From contig JBJLIB010000011.1 of the NCBI GenBank assembly GCA_045564015.1, forward strand, positions 689 to 64,688: a stretch of 64,000 nt of DNA, given 5' to 3'. The stretch comes from Gammaproteobacteria bacterium (GTDB lineage: Bacteria > Pseudomonadota > Gammaproteobacteria > Magnimaribacterales > D2472). The position numbers were made by a program, and so were the translations under genes. A model generated the notes under the pieces. It saw nothing but the letters and a program-made list of their open reading frames with translations. It made no database searches and was not told the origin of the DNA. This document shows, in pieces, positions 39,657-49,429 of this stretch (within the stretch, counting starts at the first letter, position 1; every line of letters begins with the position of its first letter).

Positions 39657-39990
39657 ATGAGTTGATCTATAAGCCGGATTCTGTATTAAATGACCATCTA
39701 TCTAGGCAGTATGTCACCATATTGCTCAAGCAACCTACCCGAATCCTAAGCGAGTAACCTAAACGGATTCCTATTTGGTTTTGCTTCAAAGTGGGGTTTA
39801 CATTGCCGTATTTGTTACCAAATACGCGGTAGGCTCTTACCCTGCCATTTCACCCTTACCAATTTCTTGGCGGTATAATTTCTGTTGCACTTGCCGTGGA
39901 CTCACGCCCCCCAGGAATTACCTGGCACTCTACTCTATGAAGTCCGGACTTTCCTCTAACAAATTGCTAGCGGTCATCCGATCAACTCAA
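39657..39990 (-). ncRNA. rnpB: RNase P RNA, bacterial type A
   Basis: The reverse complement contains GAGGAAAGTCCGGAC (P4 5' strand), ACAGAATCCGGCTTA (P4 3' strand) and GGTAAGGGTGAAA. A P1 helix GAGTTGATC/GATCAACTC closes the molecule. It is a GC-rich island in AT-rich DNA and sits between rsmI and mraZ as in Pseudomonas. Ends approximate to within a few nt. Confidence 0.9.
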
Positions 39991-40013
39991 ATGCATTTTA
40001 ATACCTTTTAGTG

Positions 40014-40835
40014 CTATTTAGAAATCCTTAAAAGAAATTTATATACTTCTTGTTTTGAGAAAGAAGTAATTTTAGCTATTAGTTTTGAGGCCTCTGTTGG
40101 AGACAAGTAATCTAGAAATGGTAGGCAAAAATTTTCATCTAAATCAAGGCTTTCACTATGAGATAAACCGGAGTAAATAACAATAACAAACTCTCCCAGC
40201 AATGGAATCTCATCGCTCTTAATACGGGCTATCATTTCTTTTATGGTTCCTCTATAGATTGATTCATATTCTTTAGTCATCTCTCGACAAATTGCTACAT
40301 GGGTATCTGGGTTAAGGACCTCAGAAAAAATTGACATAGTTTTGACTATCCTCCTGGCAGATTCAAAAAAAATATTAGTCAAATTAGAATTTTGTAGCTT
40401 TATTGCAATTTTTCTTTTCGCCTCATGCTGCTTTGGTAAAAACCCATAAAAGGAAAATTGATCTGAAGGCAAACCTGAGAGAATTAAGGCATTTATAAGA
40501 GCAGAGGCACCTGGAAGAACCGTAAAAGAAAGATCCTCTTTTATACATTTTTGAATCAATGGATAGCCTGGATCAGATATCAGTGGTGCCCCTGCATCAG
40601 ACAACAAGGCAATAGTCTTACCACTTTTAAGTAATTCTGTGATTACTTTGCTAGCCTCATGCTCGTTATGCTCATGAAATGGTTTGGTTTTTTTTTGAAT
40701 ATCAAAATGCTGCAAAAGTTTTGCCGCAACCCTGGTATCTTCTGCAAAAATATTATCTACTTGCTTTAAAGTATTAATTGACCTCAATGAAAAATCATTT
40801 AAATTACCAATGGGAGTACAAATTATATATAGCAT
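40014..40835 (-). CDS. rsmI: 16S rRNA (cytidine1402-2'-O)-methyltransferase RsmI
   Basis: Tetrapyrrole-methylase fold motifs LYIICTPIGNLNDFSLRSI and SDAGAPLISDPG. Confidence 0.92.
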   Translation of the reverse strand: MLYIICTPIGNLNDFSLRSINTLKQVDNIFAEDTRVAAKLLQHFDIQKKTKPFHEHNEHEASKVITELLKSGKTIALLSDAGAPLISDPGYPLIQKCIKEDLSFTVLPGASALINALILSGLPSDQFSFYGFLPKQHEAKRKIAIKLQNSNLTNIFFESARRIVKTMSIFSEVLNPDTHVAICREMTKEYESIYRGTIKEMIARIKSDEIPLLGEFVIVIYSGLSHSESLDLDENFCLPFLDYLSPTEASKLIAKITSFSKQEVYKFLLRISK

Positions 40836-40847
40836 GAATTTAAGTAA

Positions 40848-41951
40848 ATGATTTTTAGAAAGAGTATATATTTACAGTATTTTTTAACATTAATTATCTT
40901 AGCATCTTGCTCAACAACAACTAGGATTTCAATCCCAAATTCAAATGGAGTTCTTAAAGAGGGTGATCTAAAAAAATTTGAAGATATTTATGACTATCAA
41001 AGTTACTTTGTTGATGACTTAGAAAAAATACAGAAAGTCATTGATAGTCAAAAGCTAGATCAAGATCAATTAAAAAATGTAAAAGCATTAAAAAGAAATT
41101 ATCAAAAAATTTTATCTAAGAAAGAATATAATCTGACTCTTAATCTCAACCAGAAATACTCTAAAGAATTAATAGAATTAGCTTACATGCTAAATCTTCC
41201 TTTGAATATTTTTTGGACTGAGAGTAAGCAAGTTTCGCTCCCAGAAAATTTATTGTCACAAAAGATTGATGGGTTTTGCTCAAGCCTTTATGAGGATGCA
41301 ATTTCATCATTAAAAAGGAAAATAAATAAAGATAATGATTCAGTACTAATTATTTATTCACAAGAATATGAATCCATGATTCAAGACTTTGAATCAGATG
41401 ATAGAAACTTTATGAAAGCTAAGTATGACTCAAGTAATTTTCAAGAGTTTTCTGCTGAGATTTTGGAGATTAATTCAAGCGACAAAAGATTTAAAAAAAT
41501 TTCTAGCCTAAACCCAAATCAAAATTTAAATTTTACCCCTCGACCTAGATATGATTTCAAACAAATTATCATTCTGCTAAATCCCCAAGAGTACAAATCA
41601 ATGATTCCAGCTCTCAGATACCATGGAAGCGATAGGTTTGAATATTTAAATTTTATTTCTTCTTTGGAGGCAATAAATACCCCTTTGCAGTTATTCGATT
41701 ATGAAGATTCCTGGGCTCCCATATCCGTTCGCACAATATCAAAAATTCAAAAAGATGAGTTGCAATCACTTGAGAGGTATTTAGAGCTTGGAGTATTGAA
41801 TGAATGGTTGTTATTACAAATACTCAATCAAGCCGGTGTTCAATCTGCAAGAGTAAATGGCACCACAGGAAGGATAATTTACAGATCTAATGCATGTACC
41901 AAAAGAGAGATTCCTTTAAAAAAAATTAGTACAAATTTATTTTTATCTTAG
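40848..41951 (+). CDS. Lipoprotein, probable half-length LpoA-like PBP activator
   Basis: Lipobox ILASC. Divergent from rsmI, exactly where lpoA (yraM) lies in E. coli/Pseudomonas. The C-terminal GTTGRIIYRSNACTKREIPL is reminiscent of the LpoA C-terminus (from memory). 367 aa versus roughly 600-680. Confidence 0.5.
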   Translation: MIFRKSIYLQYFLTLIILASCSTTTRISIPNSNGVLKEGDLKKFEDIYDYQSYFVDDLEKIQKVIDSQKLDQDQLKNVKALKRNYQKILSKKEYNLTLNLNQKYSKELIELAYMLNLPLNIFWTESKQVSLPENLLSQKIDGFCSSLYEDAISSLKRKINKDNDSVLIIYSQEYESMIQDFESDDRNFMKAKYDSSNFQEFSAEILEINSSDKRFKKISSLNPNQNLNFTPRPRYDFKQIIILLNPQEYKSMIPALRYHGSDRFEYLNFISSLEAINTPLQLFDYEDSWAPISVRTISKIQKDELQSLERYLELGVLNEWLLLQILNQAGVQSARVNGTTGRIIYRSNACTKREIPLKKISTNLFLS

Positions 41952-42556
41952 TCCCTTAGGTCTCTTTCTATCAGAGACAGGCTGTCCTGAAAACTAGGTC
42001 TAGCAAATATCTTTGCTTGATAATCCAATAAAGGTTTTAGATGTCTATTCAGCGGAAGATTTATCCCAAGAGAAGGAAGTCTCCATAAAATTGGAGCAAG
42101 ATAACAATCAATTAATGAAAAATCCTCGCTCATAAAAAAATCAAATTCTTTGAAAGTAGGCGCAACGGTGCTTATTTCATTGAGCAGTTCTTCTCTTACA
42201 ATTAAAAGTTCCTTCTCTGATAGCTCCTTAACAATCAAAGTATCAACTAATGGGCACCATTCCTTGTCTATTCTTAGCATAAGCGTCCTACTGTTCGCTC
42301 TTGATACTGGATATACTGGAAGAAGGGGGGGATGAGGGAAGCGTTCATCAAGATACTCAAGCATGACTCCTGCATCATATAAACCAAGATCTCTATCGGC
42401 TAAAATAGGCAAAGTATGATATGGATTAAGTGCTAGCACTTCCTCTGGAGCTTCTTCATTAGAAGTTTCTCTTATTTCGCATGCAATATCTTTTTCGGCA
42501 AGAACAATTCTTACTCTGTGGCTGTAATGGTCATCTTTGTCAGAATATAAAATCAT
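41948..42556 (-). CDS. sspA: Stringent starvation protein A (GST-like)
   Basis: ILYSDKDDHYSHRVRIVLAEKDI and a GST fold. Lies downstream of the bc1 genes as in Pseudomonas. Confidence 0.9.
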   Translation of the reverse strand: MILYSDKDDHYSHRVRIVLAEKDIACEIRETSNEEAPEEVLALNPYHTLPILADRDLGLYDAGVMLEYLDERFPHPPLLPVYPVSRANSRTLMLRIDKEWCPLVDTLIVKELSEKELLIVREELLNEISTVAPTFKEFDFFMSEDFSLIDCYLAPILWRLPSLGINLPLNRHLKPLLDYQAKIFARPSFQDSLSLIERDLRD

Positions 42557-42582
42557 GCTTCCCCTTTGTTTTTGGTTAAATT

Positions 42583-43380
42583 CTAATGGTAATCTTTTTG
42601 GTATTCTCTAAAGAGAAGATAGGCGAGTGCTGTAAATACTATAAAAAATAATATTGCGTACCAACCCATTCTCTCTCTATCTGATCGGCTTGGCTCTCCA
42701 ACGTATGTCATAAAATTTACTAGGTTAAAAATGACCTCATCAAACTCTTGGACAGATAAAGAGCCAGATCCTTCTACAGTTTTGAGATAACCGCACTTTT
42801 CTTCAGTTATATCATTACCCATTTCATCCCTTCTCACGCCTCCATTGCTAGCGATTAATGGAATATCCTTACAAGATAATATTTGCTGACCTTGCATCGA
42901 AGCTAAAACATTTGGCATTGCTGCACCAGGGTAAACCATGTTATTTACTCCATAAGGCTTTGATGAGTCCTCATAAAAAGTTCTTAAATAAGTATAGACC
43001 CAATCAGAGCCATGTAATCTTGTAACAAGCGTTAAATCGGGCGGAGCTATGCCAAACCAAGTTTCAGAAACAGCAGGTTTCATTGAACCGGTCATTCTAT
43101 CTCCAAGCTTTACATTTGCACCAAAAACTAGATTGTCATTAAAAATGTCCTCAGGAATATCTAAGTCTTTTGCAATTCTTCCCCATCGAGAATATTTCAA
43201 CGAATGGCAACCATAACAATGATTAATATAGGTCAGAGCACCTAATTGCAGTGACTCCATATTATTAAGCTCAGGTTTGAATGAATCGCATTCTCCATAA
43301 TCACCACATGGCGCACCGACCGCTGCAAAAGCTTCTTGAGAACTAATGAATAAGAAAGCTATTAATAAGAATTTCTTCAT
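42583..43380 (-). CDS. petC: Cytochrome c1 of the bc1 complex
   Basis: Heme motif CYGCHS, a C-terminal TM anchor, and an ATGA overlap with petB. Confidence 0.9.
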   Translation of the reverse strand: MKKFLLIAFLFISSQEAFAAVGAPCGDYGECDSFKPELNNMESLQLGALTYINHCYGCHSLKYSRWGRIAKDLDIPEDIFNDNLVFGANVKLGDRMTGSMKPAVSETWFGIAPPDLTLVTRLHGSDWVYTYLRTFYEDSSKPYGVNNMVYPGAAMPNVLASMQGQQILSCKDIPLIASNGGVRRDEMGNDITEEKCGYLKTVEGSGSLSVQEFDEVIFNLVNFMTYVGEPSRSDRERMGWYAILFFIVFTALAYLLFREYQKDYH

Positions 43381-44594
43381 AACCTTTCGGGTACTGGCTT
43401 AGTTTTTTCGATAGAAGTATAAATTGGCATTAATAAGAAAAATGCAAAATAAATTATGGTGCCGATGATACTAAGTGTTGTTCTTAGAGCTGTTACAGGT
43501 ACAGTGCCCAACCATGCCAGCATAAGCCAACTAATAATAAAAATAGTCATTGCTATCTTGCTAAGTATTCCCTTATACCTAATAGAAGCAGCTTTACTTC
43601 TATCAAGCCATGGTACAACAAATAGAATAGCTATAGCAGCACCCATCACTATAAGACCACCAAGCTTATCAGGCACAGCTCTTAACATTGCATAATATGG
43701 TGAGTAATACCAAACTGGAGCAATATGCTCAGGTGTGCTTAATGGGTTAGCTTCTTCAAAGTTAGCTAACTCCAGCATGTAGCCACCACCTTCGGGAAAA
43801 AAGAACATAATAATTGAAAAAACAATGCCGAATATTCCAATAGCTACCAATGCATTCAAAACTTTATATGGGAAAAATGGAACACTGTCCAATGGAACCC
43901 CATCCTCATCTAGATGTTTTTCAATATCCACGCCCTCTGGATTACCTGCACCAACTTCATGCAAAGCAACCAAGTGCATAAACACCAATGCTATTAATAT
44001 TAGGGGCAAAGCTACCACGTGCAATGCAAAGAATCTTGAGATGGTTGCACCAGAAATATAGTAATCACCTCTAACCCAAATTTCTAATGACTCACCAATA
44101 TAGGGAATAGCCCCAAAAAGAGAAATGATAACTTGGGCCCCCCAGTAAGACATCTGACCATATGGCAGAACATACCCTAAGAAACCCTCAGCCATCATTA
44201 CAAGGTAAATAGTCATGCCAAAGACCCAGACCAATTCCCTTGGTTTATGGTAAGAGCCGTATAACAACCCTCTAAACATATGAAGATATACAACAGCAAA
44301 GAACATTGAGGCACCAGTAGTATGCATATATCTGATAACCCAGCCGTATTCAATATCTCGCATAATATATTCAATAGAAGCAAAAGCGCCCTCTTCAGTA
44401 TTCTCATATCCAAACATCAACCATATTCCTGAAACGATTTGAATAATTAAAACTACTGATGCCAAAGCACCAAACATATACCAGAAATTTACCTTTTTGG
44501 GGACAGGATGTTTTGATAAATGGCGTTCATATGTATTTAGTATAGGTAAACGAGCGTTAATCCAATTAAAAAATCCTAATGATTTTTGGGTCAT
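43377..44594 (-). CDS. petB: Cytochrome b of the bc1 complex
   Basis: Polytopic membrane protein with conserved His-containing helices (RYMHTTGASMFF, FFALHVVALP) and a PEWY-like PVWYYSPYY. Confidence 0.96.
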   Translation of the reverse strand: MTQKSLGFFNWINARLPILNTYERHLSKHPVPKKVNFWYMFGALASVVLIIQIVSGIWLMFGYENTEEGAFASIEYIMRDIEYGWVIRYMHTTGASMFFAVVYLHMFRGLLYGSYHKPRELVWVFGMTIYLVMMAEGFLGYVLPYGQMSYWGAQVIISLFGAIPYIGESLEIWVRGDYYISGATISRFFALHVVALPLILIALVFMHLVALHEVGAGNPEGVDIEKHLDEDGVPLDSVPFFPYKVLNALVAIGIFGIVFSIIMFFFPEGGGYMLELANFEEANPLSTPEHIAPVWYYSPYYAMLRAVPDKLGGLIVMGAAIAILFVVPWLDRSKAASIRYKGILSKIAMTIFIISWLMLAWLGTVPVTALRTTLSIIGTIIYFAFFLLMPIYTSIEKTKPVPERL

Positions 44595-45178
44595 TATGCA
44601 GTGCCTCTCTCTTCCCCTATTGTTAATATACTTCCGTCAAAATAATGTGGCGGAACCTTTAAGTTAGTTGGAGCAGGAACTCCTTTGAATACTCTTCCAA
44701 CAATATCAAACATTGATCCATGGCAAGGACAGAAAAATCCACCAACCCAAGACTCATCCCAAGGCTGAGATTCCATTTCAGGATAATACTTTGGAGCACA
44801 TCCCAAATGTGTGCAAACTCCTGCAATTACAGTATATTCGTTCGAGGTTGATCTTGTTGGATTAACATCTCTATAAGGTTCTTCAATCTTTAGTGAGCTT
44901 GGATCATCTAGCTTGGATTCAACTTTTGAAAGACTTTCCAAAGCTTCTTTGCTATGTCGGATAACAAAAACTGGTTGCTTTCTCCAGGAAACTTGAATTT
45001 TTTGTCCAACCTGCATTTTTGAAACGTCAACTCTTACCGGACCACCAACTGCCTTAGCTTTTGCACTTGGATTCCACGAAGCAACAAAGGGAACAACTGC
45101 GAATGATGCGCCAACTGCACCGACAGCTGAGGTCATACCTATAAGTACTTTTCTTCGCGTGGTAATTTTTTTTTCCAT
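44594..45178 (-). CDS. petA: Ubiquinol-cytochrome c reductase Rieske iron-sulfur subunit
   Basis: CTHLGCAP and CPCHGSMF Rieske boxes, with a Tat-like N-terminus (TRRKVLIG). Confidence 0.95.
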   Translation of the reverse strand: MEKKITTRRKVLIGMTSAVGAVGASFAVVPFVASWNPSAKAKAVGGPVRVDVSKMQVGQKIQVSWRKQPVFVIRHSKEALESLSKVESKLDDPSSLKIEEPYRDVNPTRSTSNEYTVIAGVCTHLGCAPKYYPEMESQPWDESWVGGFFCPCHGSMFDIVGRVFKGVPAPTNLKVPPHYFDGSILTIGEERGTA

Positions 45179-45224
45179 TAAAACCTATATTGGGATGAAC
45201 GGTAATATTTAAATATATAAGAAA

Positions 45225-45617
45225 TTAACGCTTGGAAAATTGAGAGCTTTTTCTTGCTTTCTTTAATCCTGGCTTTTTCCTCTCTACTTTTCTATCATCT
45301 CTTGTCAAAAACCCTGCAGATTTTAGCTGTGGTCTTAAACTTTCATCAAATTCAAGTAAAGCTCTTGAAATACCATGTCTGATAGCTCCAGCTTGACCAA
45401 AGCTTCCACCACCCTTAACCATAGCTTTGATATCTACCTGCTCATCAAGTTCTGTTAATTTTAGTGGTTGCATGACCAACATTTGAGCCACTTGTCTGCC
45501 AAAGTAATGAGATAATTCCTTATTGTTCACTAGTATTTTCCCCTTGCCTTTTGATAAATAAACTCTAGCTGATGAAGTTTTCCTCCTTCCGGTTGCGTAA
45601 TGGATTGCTGCACTCAT
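45225..45617 (-). CDS. rpsI: 30S ribosomal protein S9
   Basis: [19 protein letters not shown], ending in KR. The ATG at 45617 forms an ATGA overlap with the rplM stop, so the ORF-track TTG at 45632 was rejected. Confidence 0.95.
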   Translation of the reverse strand: MSAAIHYATGRRKTSSARVYLSKGKGKILVNNKELSHYFGRQVAQMLVMQPLKLTELDEQVDIKAMVKGGGSFGQAGAIRHGISRALLEFDESLRPQLKSAGFLTRDDRKVERKKPGLKKARKSSQFSKR

Positions 45618-46048
45618 AGTTTTGGTTCCCAAATTTGAGGTTCTTGTGATTCATGAGGATGATTTTCACCCTTGTATACTTTGAGTTTTTTAAACATTTG
45701 CTTTCCAAGTTTGTTTTTTGGAAGCATGCCTTTAACAGCCTCCTCTATAATATATTCAGGCTTATCTTCGATAATATCTTTAAAAACTTTGGTCTTTAGC
45801 CCACCAGGATAAAGTGAATGAGTGTAATATTTTTTGTCGTCAAACTTTTTTCCTGTGACTTGAACTTTTTCAGCATTAATCACTACAACATAGTCTCCAC
45901 CATCAGTATGTGGCGTAAAGGTAGGTTTGTCTTTGCCTCTGATTCGATCGGCTATTTTTGTGGCCAAACGACCTAGAATTTTATCGGAAGCATCAATAAC
46001 ATACCAATCATGTTGAGCGTCTTCTTTTCTGAGTGAAAGAGTTTTCAT
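45614..46048 (-). CDS. rplM: 50S ribosomal protein L13
   Basis: [18 protein letters not shown]. Confidence 0.96.
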   Translation of the reverse strand: MKTLSLRKEDAQHDWYVIDASDKILGRLATKIADRIRGKDKPTFTPHTDGGDYVVVINAEKVQVTGKKFDDKKYYTHSLYPGGLKTKVFKDIIEDKPEYIIEEAVKGMLPKNKLGKQMFKKLKVYKGENHPHESQEPQIWEPKL

Positions 46049-46083
46049 TACTTTTTATGTTTAAAGAAAAAAATTAGATGCGA

Positions 46084-46112
46084 ATGTTAATGTTTAAGCG
46101 CTATTTAATCAA
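46084..46112 (-). promoter_or_regulatory. Putative sigma70 promoter of rplM-rpsI
   Basis: On the minus strand TTGATT-N17-TAACAT, about 35 nt upstream of the rplM ATG. Confidence 0.4.
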
Positions 46113-46130
46113 TATTTTAATTCATTTAGT

Positions 46131-47180
46131 TTAGTTTTTCTCTAAATTTTGAAGATATTTTTTTGATGCTATTTGATGCAGTCTACTTTCAGTTCTTACC
46201 CATAAATGATGTAACTGATCTCCGGAATACAAATTAATCATTAAATTTGGATCATAGAAACATTTTAGTTTTTGTTTTTCTTGGTAAGCAATGTCAATAA
46301 AGCTTATAAATCTTCTTACCTTATCAAGATGATCATCATTACAAGCATGAAAATTATTAATAAATACCCATTCAAATGTTTTAACAATCTCAATAAAATC
46401 TTTGCTTGCACATGGCGATGAAAAAAAGTCTTCAAAAGATAGCCAAAGCGCCTTATCAGAACAGCCTAAACAATTAAATTTTCTATCATTAGCCAAAAAC
46501 TCAGTTGTATAAGTAATATCTTGATTGAAAGTTCTTTGTAAAAAATCTTTAACGCCTCCAAAACTATTCCCATCTTTGGCTGAACTATCAAACTTAGCAA
46601 TTTCTTTTAGTCTATAGTCCTCGCTCCCCAATAGATGGTGAATAAAAAAATTTTTATTAATAAAATCTATAGTTTGTAAAAATTTAGCCCTTTGAAGACC
46701 ATCTTTATAGAGATCATCTGGGTGTGAATTAGATGAAATGAACATCCTTGTTCCTTTTTGCGATAATGCTTCAATTAATGTACCTATAATCATTGCATCA
46801 GCAATATCCTCAATCTGAAACTCATCTATAAAAATAATCTTAAAATCATTCGAAAGACTTTTTACAACCTTTAATATTGGATCACTGTTTCCTGAAAATT
46901 CTGATAATTTTTTATGAATAAGTTGCATAAATTCAATGAAATGAAATTGGCCTGCTTGAGGAAAATATGAATCTTGGAGACCCTGAAGAAGCATTGTTTT
47001 ACCCCTTCCAACTGGACCCCATAGATATAAATTTCCAATTGAATTATTTTTAGAAAAAAATGTAGGGGGTTTGTAGGCTGAATCTTGCTCAATAAACTTC
47101 TCTAGAAATGAAGCTTGTGCATTATCAATTGTCACACTCTGAATAGATAAATTCTCAAGTACAACTTTTATATCCTTCAT
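46131..47180 (-). CDS. zapE: ZapE/YhcM (AFG1-like) cell-division ATPase
   Basis: Walker A LWGPVGRGKTMLL and Walker B IFIDEFQIEDIADAMI. Lies upstream of rplM as in E. coli. Confidence 0.8.
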   Translation of the reverse strand: MKDIKVVLENLSIQSVTIDNAQASFLEKFIEQDSAYKPPTFFSKNNSIGNLYLWGPVGRGKTMLLQGLQDSYFPQAGQFHFIEFMQLIHKKLSEFSGNSDPILKVVKSLSNDFKIIFIDEFQIEDIADAMIIGTLIEALSQKGTRMFISSNSHPDDLYKDGLQRAKFLQTIDFINKNFFIHHLLGSEDYRLKEIAKFDSSAKDGNSFGGVKDFLQRTFNQDITYTTEFLANDRKFNCLGCSDKALWLSFEDFFSSPCASKDFIEIVKTFEWVFINNFHACNDDHLDKVRRFISFIDIAYQEKQKLKCFYDPNLMINLYSGDQLHHLWVRTESRLHQIASKKYLQNLEKN

Positions 47181-47200
47181 ATTATTGATTTAATGATCAT

Positions 47201-48205
47201 ATGAAATTTTTTAATAATAAACTTTCAAGGATAAATTTTTTAATCTTGGTTGGTATTCTGACATATCTTTATACAAATATGTCGAATAGCGATGGTTATG
47301 GAGCAGCAATCGCGAAGGCATCTCCCTCTGTAATTAATATCAGCTCAAAGAAAAATATTGATACTAGATCATTTAATGGAAGGCTGCCAAATGATCTTAT
47401 GGGCTCTGGAATTATTATTTCTAATGACGGATATATTATTACCAATCTTCATGTGATTGAAGGCACTAGAAGTATTGAAGTAGAACTAGATGATGGGCAA
47501 GTTTATTCAGCGTCCTTGATTGGTTTTGATGAGCGTTCTGATCTTGCAGTGATCAAAATTACTCCAATAGATACACTACAACCTATTGAGGTATCAAACA
47601 GCTCATCAGTGCAAATAGGTGATCAAGTGATAGCTATTGGAAATGCATTTGGTTTAGGAAAAACTTTTACCAGTGGAATTATTAGTGCAACTGGAAGAGA
47701 TTATGGAAATCCATATCTTGAGCTTATTCAGACTGATGCAGCAATTAATCCAGGAAATTCTGGTGGAGCATTGATCAATCACAAAGGTAACCTTATTGGC
47801 ATGAATACAAAAATTTTTTCTCAGACTGGCTCTTATGCAGGAATTGGCTTTGCTCTTCCAGCAAATAAAATGATTGAAGTTGCCTCGGAGATTATTCAGT
47901 ATGGTTCAGTCAAACGATCGTGGATTGGAGATTTTAGAGTTAAGGTGAAAAGGTTCTTATTAAACAATAATCCTACCTATGGTTTAGAGATATTGGAACT
48001 CAGAAATTATGGGCCACTTTTTAATAGCGGAAAAATAAAGCCAGGAGCAATAATCTTATCCATCAACAATGAATCACCAACATGGGAAAATTTAACTGGC
48101 GCTTTAAAAAATTCCTTTCCAGGAGATGAGATCGACTTCCAAATATTACAAAACTCTAATCTAAAGGATTACAAAGTTGTGACAGAGGCTATTCCCGCTC
48201 AATAG
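47201..48205 (+). CDS. DegS/AlgW-like S1C serine endoprotease with one PDZ domain
   Basis: N-terminal membrane anchor. Catalytic His (TNLHVI), Asp (DLAVIK) and Ser (GNSGGALIN). A single C-terminal PDZ-like region. Confidence 0.8.
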   Translation: MKFFNNKLSRINFLILVGILTYLYTNMSNSDGYGAAIAKASPSVINISSKKNIDTRSFNGRLPNDLMGSGIIISNDGYIITNLHVIEGTRSIEVELDDGQVYSASLIGFDERSDLAVIKITPIDTLQPIEVSNSSSVQIGDQVIAIGNAFGLGKTFTSGIISATGRDYGNPYLELIQTDAAINPGNSGGALINHKGNLIGMNTKIFSQTGSYAGIGFALPANKMIEVASEIIQYGSVKRSWIGDFRVKVKRFLLNNNPTYGLEILELRNYGPLFNSGKIKPGAIILSINNESPTWENLTGALKNSFPGDEIDFQILQNSNLKDYKVVTEAIPAQ

Positions 48206-48206
48206 G

Positions 48207-49013
48207 TCACTCATCTTTCCAGATGGGATCTCGTTTTTCTAAAAACGAAGCAATGCCCTCCTTTGCATCATCTGCTAGAGAGTTTTCAGTCATTACTTTT
48301 GACGTGTATACATATGCTTCGGTGAGACTCATTTCATGCTGTCGATAAAAAGCTTCTTTACCAATTTTTACCGTGGAAAGAGGCTTATTTGCAATTTTCT
48401 TTGCAAGAGACATAACGCTGTCATTTAGTTTTTCAGGGGAGACATGATCATTAATTAGGGATATTCTCTTGGCTTCGGCTGCATCAATCATATCGCCTGT
48501 AAGCAGCATTTTCATTGCATCTTTTTTGCTAACATTTCTTGAGAGTGCAACCATTGGAGTTGAGCAAAATAAACCTATATTGACTCCTGGTGTTGCAAAC
48601 TTTGATAGATCAGAGGCTATGGCTAAGTCGCAACTAGCAACTAATTGGCAACCAGCGGCAGTTGCGACCCCATTGATTTCTGCTATGACTGGTTTTGAGC
48701 ATGTAGTTATTATCTGCATTAATGAAGAGCATAAATTAAAGAGATCGGAAAGGTATTCTTTCCCAGAATCTGAGTTGGCTCTGGCTGCAGTTATATCTTT
48801 TAAGTTATGCCCTGAACAAAAAACATCGCCGACGGCTGCAATGATAATCACCTTGACCGAATCATTTGATGATGCTTCAACTATGAGATCTTGAAGTTGT
48901 TGCATCATCTTGTCTGAGAGAGCATTTTTATTATTAGGATCATTCAAAATCAAACGTAGAATATCTGGTTGGGTTTGGTCAACCTGCAAAATATCTTTTA
49001 TCTTTTTATTCAT
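48207..49013 (-). CDS. Enoyl-CoA hydratase/isomerase (crotonase) family protein
   Basis: Oxyanion-hole motifs FCSGHNLKD and GVATAAGCQLVASCDLAIAS. Confidence 0.85.
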   Translation of the reverse strand: MNKKIKDILQVDQTQPDILRLILNDPNNKNALSDKMMQQLQDLIVEASSNDSVKVIIIAAVGDVFCSGHNLKDITAARANSDSGKEYLSDLFNLCSSLMQIITTCSKPVIAEINGVATAAGCQLVASCDLAIASDLSKFATPGVNIGLFCSTPMVALSRNVSKKDAMKMLLTGDMIDAAEAKRISLINDHVSPEKLNDSVMSLAKKIANKPLSTVKIGKEAFYRQHEMSLTEAYVYTSKVMTENSLADDAKEGIASFLEKRDPIWKDE

Positions 49014-49024
49014 AATCTGATTAA

Positions 49025-49423
49025 TTAATTTTTAAGAATTTTTTTTGGACATTGGTCCATAACCACTTTTAATCCAGCATTTTCTCCTAAATATTTTGCT
49101 TCTTCACTATACAAGCCTTCTTGGGTCCATAAGATTTTTGCTTTAATATTTATTGCCTCATTTGCAATGCTGGGAATATGTTCTATAGCTCGGAATACAT
49201 CCACCATATCAACTTTTTCCTCTATAGCATCAAGGCTTGAATAGCATTCTTGATCTAGAATTTTAGAATTAACCAGCTTTGGATTAACTGGGAATACTTT
49301 AAAACCATAATCTTGAAGAAATTTCATCACTTTGTAACTATCTCTTTCTGGGTTAGAGCTAACGCCAACTATGGCAATAGATTTAACCTCATCCAATATT
49401 AATTTTAAATTATCTTTATTCAA
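49025..49423 (-). CDS. CoA-binding domain protein (YccU-like)
   Basis: KSIAIVGVSSNPERDSYKV and FPVNPK. 132 aa. TTG start, with no in-frame ATG nearby. Confidence 0.75.
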   Translation of the reverse strand: MNKDNLKLILDEVKSIAIVGVSSNPERDSYKVMKFLQDYGFKVFPVNPKLVNSKILDQECYSSLDAIEEKVDMVDVFRAIEHIPSIANEAINIKAKILWTQEGLYSEEAKYLGENAGLKVVMDQCPKKILKN

Positions 49424-49429
49424 ATTTTT

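Noticed and set aside
39923-39928. TGGCAC hexamers (here and at about 2833, 23046, 27962 and 37996) as possible sigma-54 -24 elements, since rpoN is encoded in the window.
   Set aside because: None is followed by TTGC at the N5 spacing. All lie inside genes or inside rnpB rather than upstream of a start codon.
39775-40011. A 78-aa plus-strand ORF in the mraZ-rsmI spacer.
   Set aside because: It lies wholly within the RNase P RNA gene on the opposite strand. Its openness is explained by the locally high GC content of the structured RNA.
48207-49013. The idea that the crotonase plus the MetF-like gene form a DMSP-demethylation (DmdD-type) module.
   Set aside because: This is pure speculation from family membership. 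No dmdA, dmdB or dmdC-like genes are nearby, and crotonase subfamilies cannot be told apart by eye.
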